A DNA stretch of 30,318 nucleotides from a virus (taxonomy: Duplodnaviria > Caudoviricetes): the IMG/VR virus record IMGVR_UViG_3300038418_000390, positions 1 through 30,318 of that record; one strand, written 5' to 3'. The notes beneath the pieces are model-generated. The model ran no database searches and was not told where the DNA came from. It saw only the letters and a list, made by a program, of their open reading frames with translations. Of the stretch, positions 24,822 to 30,318 are shown in pieces. The translations under genes were made by a program, and so were the position numbers. Position 1 is the stretch's first letter, and each line of letters begins with the position of its first letter.

Positions 24822-25490
24822 TTATACGCCCAGCAACGGATGGACGTGATCCCAGCTTGTAGTCACCAGGCCCTGCATGGGCGTGAGCACGCTGGCCGAC
24901 CAGGGCAGGAAATTTCGCGGCTGCGACGGCCCCAGATCAAAGGCCGGCGGCAATTCGGGCAAAGCTCTCAGATATTTCGCACCGCCGTGCAGGCCCAACC
25001 GCCACTTGTTTTTAAAATGCTCGAATGATTTTGCCCAGGTCCAGGCGCTGCCGGCGTCCAGGTACTCCAGTTCTTCGGCCTCGTAATACGAGAGGTTCGC
25101 CTCCTGCAGGCGGAGGATGACGTCGTTGTCCTCGAACCAGCCGCCCACGAAGCGCTCGTCGAAAAGCCCGATCCTGCGCAGAACCTCCTTGTAAAAGCCG
25201 AAAAAGCCGAAATGGTGCAGGCCGACTATGCCGTGGCCGGCGTCGAGCAATTCCAGCAGCCGATTCACGTTGGCCCGCGTGGGCCGGGCCTTCTGGTTAC
25301 AAATGATCACGATCTCGGTGGGACATTTTTCGACGCAACGATTCCAGAGCGCCGTACAAGACGGGTCCAATAATCCGCACACCGGCGTGTGCGGAAGGTC
25401 TTGTTCTTCGAGTTTGGCGATGCACTGCTTTGCAATATCGGTAAGGTGCCAGGCCAGCATGATCCTATATGTGTGGGTTGAGTTTTCCAT
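24822..25490 (-). CDS. Glycosyltransferase family 2-like protein
   Basis: TALWNRCV and IGLFDERFVGGWFEDNDVILRL motifs. Start MENSTH at 25490 (GAGG RBS). The expected DxD position reads CNQK. Confidence 0.8.
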   Translation of the reverse strand: MENSTHTYRIMLAWHLTDIAKQCIAKLEEQDLPHTPVCGLLDPSCTALWNRCVEKCPTEIVIICNQKARPTRANVNRLLELLDAGHGIVGLHHFGFFGFYKEVLRRIGLFDERFVGGWFEDNDVILRLQEANLSYYEAEELEYLDAGSAWTWAKSFEHFKNKWRLGLHGGAKYLRALPELPPAFDLGPSQPRNFLPWSASVLTPMQGLVTTSWDHVHPLLGV

Positions 25491-26043
25491 ATAATGCCTC
25501 AAAGTTGAATAAATTATTAAAAAGCTCAAAACTCATGTTCACATAATTCGCAAGTCGCTCTTCTGGTGCGGATCTCAAAGGTTGATTCGAATTTGGGTTT
25601 TTAAATACAGTCAAACCAAAATCATTCATATAAAGCGAACGTAAATCATCAATGCGTTCTTCAATGAAATATGCCAGTAACTTGTAACCGTCCCCGCATA
25701 AATCTCTGGCTGTGTGACTTTCATCTGGAGGAAGAAGGTCGTGAACCAGGATATAACCGCCCATGCTCAGGTGTTCTACCGAGTTGTTGAAATCGTGGAC
25801 GACGTTGGCGAAATCGTGGCCGGCGTCGATGAAGATCACGTCGAAAAGGACGTTTTCCGACAAGATGGCGAAAAACTCGTCCGTCGACATGCGAAACATG
25901 GGACTGTATTGTATATCGACGGACATTTTCGATCTTGCCCGCACGGCGTTGAAAGTCTCGCCGCGGCCCAGGCCCAGCTCGAGGTAGCGCTTGTTTTCGA
26001 TGCCGGGGATGGCGTTGATGATGTCTTTTGCGAGCTTGCTCAT
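25465..26043 (-). CDS. Class I SAM-dependent methyltransferase (Methyltransf_24-like)
   Basis: YLELGLGRG, FDVIFIDAGH and GGYILVHD motifs. Alternative start at 26052. Confidence 0.85.
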   Translation of the reverse strand: MSKLAKDIINAIPGIENKRYLELGLGRGETFNAVRARSKMSVDIQYSPMFRMSTDEFFAILSENVLFDVIFIDAGHDFANVVHDFNNSVEHLSMGGYILVHDLLPPDESHTARDLCGDGYKLLAYFIEERIDDLRSLYMNDFGLTVFKNPNSNQPLRSAPEERLANYVNMSFELFNNLFNFEALYGKLNPHI

Positions 26044-26044
26044 T

Positions 26045-26281
26045 TTAAACATCCCTTCTTTGAAAATACGCCTTTAAAGGCACAGGGTGGATCTTGGCGT
26101 CGGGAAAGGACTCGAATTCAAAGGTTTCGATCAGGGCATCGCAGCGGCAACAGCGGCGGACGCGGCGGATCCCGCCGCCCTTTTCCAGCGGGATAGGATC
26201 CGTGCGGAGCACGACCCAAAGATTTCCCAGGCAGCCGGGCGTGGGGCAGTTGTACGATTTTACCGGTTCCGATCCGCTCAT
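26045..26281 (-). CDS. NrdR-N / Ogr-like Zn-ribbon protein
   Basis: CPTPGC...VLRT...IRRVRRCCRC...ETFE. ATGA overlap with the terminase stop. Confidence 0.75.
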   Translation of the reverse strand: MSGSEPVKSYNCPTPGCLGNLWVVLRTDPIPLEKGGGIRRVRRCCRCDALIETFEFESFPDAKIHPVPLKAYFQRRDV

Positions 26282-28560
26282 GATTTTTTCCACATGCTGT
26301 TGAGTGATATTTTCTGCGCACGCCGGCGGGGCCTAAAATCGCCCCATTCGGGCAAACGGCAACCAAGACTGGACGCGGCCGCGGCGCAGCCCACGGCCGT
26401 GTCGTGAAGGTGATCGTCAAAATGCTCCGGGCGCTGCATCCATACGTCAACCCAGCGGCCGCGGCCGAATGTCCGCTCGGAGATCTGCGAGCACCAGTGA
26501 TCGGCCAGCAATTGATGCCTGTGCGGTGAGCTTCCGAACAATGAAAAACAGCCGGCGTCGCCCAGGGGAGTGGCCAGCCGGTCGGCAAAAAAGCTCTTCC
26601 AATAATTCACGTCGATAAAGAGCGTGCGCATCTTGATCGCCGGGGCCGGGGCGATCCGCCAGTGATGGCCGATCACCGCCCCGGCCTCGGGCTTGTATTC
26701 GGCAAACGGTTTTCCCTCGGCCTTTATCGAAAATCCGCGCGACGGCATGACTACCGGATTGTTGATCAGGCGGATCACGTTGCCCACGACCGTGGGCACA
26801 TACCCGGTATCTACGAGCAGGCGCTCGAGCTGCATTTCAGCGCCGTCGTCGCGCTTGAAGCGCTCGGCCAATAATCGTTTTATAAGCTCTTCCAGCCCCG
26901 CGAAGATCAGGCCGTCCTTTCCACGGCCGGGATACAAGTCGGCCAGGCCCTGGGGCGCGTTGTGCAGGGTGAAATATGCCAAGGGCTGCTCGGGCCAGGT
27001 GCCGTAAATGCACAAGCCGCCGTCGAAATTCTCCTCCCAATGGCAAACCGTGTAATACAAGAGGCGGTCATGAACGTCGATCATGCCCGTTACATGCGAG
27101 CATTTGGCCGGTATATCCCGGTCCTTGCGCCCGTTGAGCTTCATGCAGATCTCGAAGGCCGTCAGGCGGTTGACAAGGTTCAGGTTTTCCTGCGCCGGCT
27201 CGTTCTGGCACTCGGAAAGGAACTGCTTTTCATCGCGGATCTTCCAGTTCATAGCGTGCTGCAGGCCGGAGATCTCCTGTTGTTCAAAGCGCTCCTGCCA
27301 GGCGACTTCCGCGCCTTCGTTCATCTCGTCGAAGTGCCGGCGATAAAACTCGGTCGCCGCGCTGCCGTCGCCGTCGCCGGTCAGGCTGTCGCGGAGAATC
27401 TGGGCATACTGGTCCCACAACTCGACCCGCTTTGGAAACGCATACACCATTTTCATCCGCTCCCCTTGCCATTCGGGGTGCTTTTTGCGGTCCACCAGGC
27501 GGTCAGCCAGGTCGTCGGGCCTAATAATAGTGACGCAAGCCATAGCTGCCAGATTGTGGCCAGGGCCGGCCATACCCAAAACATCTCCTGCTATAATTGC
27601 TTCTCGCTGGCGGCATTGCAGCTCGGACCAGGCAGATTCGCGGGTCTGCGGATCGTCAAGCAAAACCAGGTCCGGGCGAATGGCTTCTCCGCTAGATAAG
27701 GCATGGACCTGGCCGCGAATATCTGATCCCTTCAAACCACAGGTCATCACTATCGAGCCGCTCGAAGGATTGCCGGGAATCGTGGGAAAAACGATTTTGT
27801 CAGCGCTCCACTCAATTCTTGTCGGTTCGCCGTTATAGAGCTGTCCCTTCAATCTGCCCGCGATTCTTTCCAGTTTTCTAATGGCATAAATCGCCTCGGG
27901 AAAATCAGCGGCCAATTCTTCGCGGGTCTCGATCCATGTTTTCAAAAAATCTAATAATTGTTCGCCTTTTTCGGCCTTTGAGGCAACGATCGATACAAAG
28001 CGGCGATATCCATATAAAATTGCCCATAAACTGGCAGCTAAACAAAGCATTGTTTTGCCGCTGCCGCGGGGCATGGCCTGGGCCAGTTTGCCGCTGCCGC
28101 GAATGATCCGCTCCAACTTCGCTATGATCTTCCGGTGGTCTTTGGACCAGGGCAAAAAGAAAATCAGGGGCAAATACGCCTTGCAAAAAAAGGCCAGACT
28201 CTCGCCGCCCTTGGCCTTGCGATCGGGATCGCGGACCGCCGGCAGTTCGCCGATGTCGCGGCCTTTTTTGCTGGTCTCGGCGTTCCGCTCGCGGGCGTTC
28301 TCTTTGATCGTTTCGTAATCGGCGGATGAGTCTTTTTGTTTTTTCTTTTTAGACTCGGCCCACTTGTGAATGGGCAACTGACCGCGCAGCCAACAGGCGT
28401 ATTTTAAGAGGTCGATGCGGCCATGGGCGCCGATGTTGGGACCGGCGGCGTCGCGATGTTTTTTTACGACTCTTTCTTCGATTCTTCCGACCGTGGAAGA
28501 TTTGTTTAGAAGGCGGCAAAGATTGCCGATGCACAGGCGTGTGAAATCATTTTTTGCCAT
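26278..28560 (-). CDS. terL: Terminase large subunit, lambda gpA-like, with N-terminal HTH-like extension
   Basis: Walker A MPRGSGKT, Walker B LVLLDDPQ, nuclease acidic motifs GMIDVH, LVDTGY and DDHLHD. Confidence 0.92.
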   Translation of the reverse strand: MAKNDFTRLCIGNLCRLLNKSSTVGRIEERVVKKHRDAAGPNIGAHGRIDLLKYACWLRGQLPIHKWAESKKKKQKDSSADYETIKENARERNAETSKKGRDIGELPAVRDPDRKAKGGESLAFFCKAYLPLIFFLPWSKDHRKIIAKLERIIRGSGKLAQAMPRGSGKTMLCLAASLWAILYGYRRFVSIVASKAEKGEQLLDFLKTWIETREELAADFPEAIYAIRKLERIAGRLKGQLYNGEPTRIEWSADKIVFPTIPGNPSSGSIVMTCGLKGSDIRGQVHALSSGEAIRPDLVLLDDPQTRESAWSELQCRQREAIIAGDVLGMAGPGHNLAAMACVTIIRPDDLADRLVDRKKHPEWQGERMKMVYAFPKRVELWDQYAQILRDSLTGDGDGSAATEFYRRHFDEMNEGAEVAWQERFEQQEISGLQHAMNWKIRDEKQFLSECQNEPAQENLNLVNRLTAFEICMKLNGRKDRDIPAKCSHVTGMIDVHDRLLYYTVCHWEENFDGGLCIYGTWPEQPLAYFTLHNAPQGLADLYPGRGKDGLIFAGLEELIKRLLAERFKRDDGAEMQLERLLVDTGYVPTVVGNVIRLINNPVVMPSRGFSIKAEGKPFAEYKPEAGAVIGHHWRIAPAPAIKMRTLFIDVNYWKSFFADRLATPLGDAGCFSLFGSSPHRHQLLADHWCSQISERTFGRGRWVDVWMQRPEHFDDHLHDTAVGCAAAASSLGCRLPEWGDFRPRRRAQKISLNSMWKKS

Positions 28561-28729
28561 TATCGACCCGCTTGATCAGCCATGCGACGTATGCAAGCAA
28601 TGATAGTTTCCCATTTTTCGCCGGAGCCCCATTTTGAATATCTTCTTCGATGTCCTTAGATGTGACATCTAGCCCAGAGTCGCAAAGTAAGTCTGCTAAC
28701 TCCTGGGATGTCAGACCTTCGTAAATCAT
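28547..28729 (-). CDS. Small Nu1-like winged-HTH protein (terminase small subunit candidate)
   Basis: LTSQELADLL...IEEDIQNGAP...LSLLAYVAWL resembles the Nu1 DNA-binding domain. Overlaps the terL start. Confidence 0.6.
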   Translation of the reverse strand: MIYEGLTSQELADLLCDSGLDVTSKDIEEDIQNGAPAKNGKLSLLAYVAWLIKRVDNGKK

Positions 28730-28751
28730 GAAACAAACTCACTGAGATCGC

Positions 28752-28798
28752 TGCTGCATCGCCCAAACCGTCCATGTTGGAGGGTCGGCGAAGGACCC
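28752..28798 (-). other. Candidate cos site (cosQ plus cosN)
   Basis: Minus strand GGGTCCT (identical to lambda cosQ) at 28798-28792, then 23 nt ending ACG|G as in lambda. Predicted 12-nt end GTTTGGGCGATG (28768-28757). Confidence 0.55.
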
Positions 28799-28833
28799 AA
28801 AATTTTATAGGAAGATTTTTGCACTTAACATTG

Positions 28834-29520
28834 CTACTTAACTATCAATGGACCTAACAAGATGGTGAACATCCCGGCGTCGTAATGATATTTCACGGCC
28901 CATTGATAATGGCCGATGCCGGTTCTTTTCAGAAGAGAAGTCTGGGCCTGGGACGGATTAAAATTATATCGTTCTTTCTCGGCATCAGCCGAGCCATCGA
29001 TGATAACGATATCCTTTTCCGACTCCAAATCCAGACAGTGCAGTTTTATATTGGCGCCGGTCGGATCGATCCAAACATCCGGGGGGATGGTGATTGTCCG
29101 ATCTTTGTCCGCGAGGTAATCGTCGTCTTTAACAATAACCAAAACTTTCCCTGCCAGGAATGGATTGATAATGCTCAATTTACCACTGGAGATCAGCAAT
29201 GCCTGGGTAAGGATGGTGTTCAGTTTCGCGGCATCTTGTTCAGACAGTCCGCCTCCATATCCAGTTGGAATGTCATTTCCGGTTGGTAATACTACATGCC
29301 CATCTTGCACGGCCGCCGCCGCTGCTCCCGCGGCCTCGTATGCCGCCTCTGCCGTTGCCTGAGTAGCAATACCAGATTGAACCGCCTGAATAAATCCAGA
29401 ATCGCTTGTAAGATATGAAGCTATAGCTCCGCGGTCAGCCACGGTCAAAACGCCTGGACCAGGCACGTACAAAGCCGGATCAACTTCATAAACAGTGTCA
29501 GGATTGACTTCGTATACCAT
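28834..29520 (-). CDS. Hypothetical protein, possibly virion-associated
   Basis: 228 aa with a duplicated VYEV(N/D)P N-terminus, Ala-rich helix and a beta-rich C-terminal domain. Confidence 0.65.
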   Translation of the reverse strand: MVYEVNPDTVYEVDPALYVPGPGVLTVADRGAIASYLTSDSGFIQAVQSGIATQATAEAAYEAAGAAAAAVQDGHVVLPTGNDIPTGYGGGLSEQDAAKLNTILTQALLISSGKLSIINPFLAGKVLVIVKDDDYLADKDRTITIPPDVWIDPTGANIKLHCLDLESEKDIVIIDGSADAEKERYNFNPSQAQTSLLKRTGIGHYQWAVKYHYDAGMFTILLGPLIVK

Positions 29521-29522
29521 GT

Positions 29523-29804
29523 CTAACTCTTTGAAATTAAGTAGTTATTCCATTTGTAGGAAGCATCCTTGAAGTCTGACCCCATGCTGGCAACAAGTAT
29601 TTCAGACCCGACTTTTGGTACTGATTCGCCGCTGGAATATTCAACCAGGGCGGGCAATGTCGGATCGGCAACGGACCCGTAGTAATCGCCTTTCGCTACG
29701 GTACACTCGGTCAGGGCGATTGGTTCGCCACCATTCACTACGGCTATCACCGTTGTCAAACCTGAAATACCCAATCCGAATTTTAATGGAAATGTGTTGG
29801 CCAT
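29523..29804 (-). CDS. Small hypothetical beta-rich protein
   Basis: Start MANTFPLKFG at 29804, 2 nt after the upstream stop. Confidence 0.65.
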   Translation of the reverse strand: MANTFPLKFGLGISGLTTVIAVVNGGEPIALTECTVAKGDYYGSVADPTLPALVEYSSGESVPKVGSEILVASMGSDFKDASYKWNNYLISKS

Positions 29805-29806
29805 TT

Positions 29807-30318
29807 TTAACCTGCAATTATTAAGGCACAAGCATGGCTTGCCAGATTTGTTACCGACCAGCCGTTAGAGCTTGTGGATGTATTGTTCCAAACGTCTTTT
29901 ACATTCACAGCCCCGCTTAATTCGCAAGTCGGATAACCGGCAGGCAGCGAAGCAGCTTTAGCTGTTAATGCTGCTAAAATATCCGACCATGCGACGGTGA
30001 CCGTATGAGCGTAGGCACCGCGATTAAATAATCCAATAGCCCATTTCCCGTTTGCAAGAGGCTTAGCCCAAACCTCGATATAAGAATCTGCACCACCTCC
30101 ATGCGTCACTGCCGTCTTTGTAACTTGCAATCCCATCAGGCCGAGCGAATCGTTGTAAATCGCAAGGGTGTCGGCGTTTTTCAACATCGTGATCGTTGCG
30201 GACTTTGTGCCGTTGGTACTCCAATCGGTCGCAATATCATAACCGATGTAAAGTTCAAATTTCAACAAGCAGTACATCGAAAATTCTGTTTGCACTTCTG
30301 GTTGTGTTAGATTACCCC
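29807..30318 (-). CDS. GH27 alpha-galactosidase-like protein, C-terminal part (partial)
   Basis: Frame is open to the window edge: GNLTQPEVQTEFSMYC...IGYD...MLKNADTLAIYNDSLG...EVWAKPLANGKWAIGLFNRG...VKDVW...LASHACALI. This matches the end of a GH27 barrel plus the melibiase C-terminal beta-sandwich. Confidence 0.8.
   Translation of the reverse strand, partial: GNLTQPEVQTEFSMYCLLKFELYIGYDIATDWSTNGTKSATITMLKNADTLAIYNDSLGLMGLQVTKTAVTHGGGADSYIEVWAKPLANGKWAIGLFNRGAYAHTVTVAWSDILAALTAKAASLPAGYPTCELSGAVNVKDVWNNTSTSSNGWSVTNLASHACALIIAG

Larger units (their letters stand above)
1..30318 (-). mobile_element. Temperate lambda-like siphophage genome segment
   Basis: Ordered packaging, head and tail modules plus integrase, att-like site and replication gene. 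No host housekeeping genes. Confidence 0.93.

Noticed and set aside
27500-28060. Lower-GC patch in terL as a possible intein or intron
   Set aside because: The frame is continuous, the ATPase motifs are normally spaced and no intein terminal motifs are present. At most a recombined patch.
28054-28101. Duplicated RGSGK (15-bp repeat) suggesting two Walker A motifs in TerL
   Set aside because: Only the second copy has the GKT and the preceding strand. The first is probably a chance or local duplication.

Overview
The window is a contiguous piece of a lambda-like siphovirus (temperate phage) genome, almost all on the minus strand. Read right to left it contains: a partial GH27 alpha-galactosidase-like gene, two hypothetical genes, a candidate cos site, a Nu1-like small gene and a gpA-type terminase. 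Next come a Zn-ribbon gene, a methyltransferase, a GT2 glycosyltransferase, a three-gene antisense insert, a gpW-like gene and a lambda-type portal. These are followed by a protease/scaffold/capsid fusion, a DUF2190-like cement protein, a GH130/GT91-like beta-propeller gene, head-tail and tail genes (with a G/G-T -1 frameshift), a tape measure and a 1204-aa tail-associated protein. Beyond the tail lie an accessory region segmented by AATAATG repeats and the 3' half of a tRNA-Met (probable attP core). The left end holds small early genes, a tyrosine recombinase, a cluster of structured RNA-like elements including a tRNA-like cloverleaf, an O-like replication initiator with internal iterons, and a partial 22-aa LRR-repeat gene. 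A Planctomycetota-like host is my inference from gene style and heptamer repeats and is not verified. No lysis cassette, clear CI repressor, CRISPR array or reverse transcriptase is visible. All family calls come from motifs recognised by eye; no database search was run.
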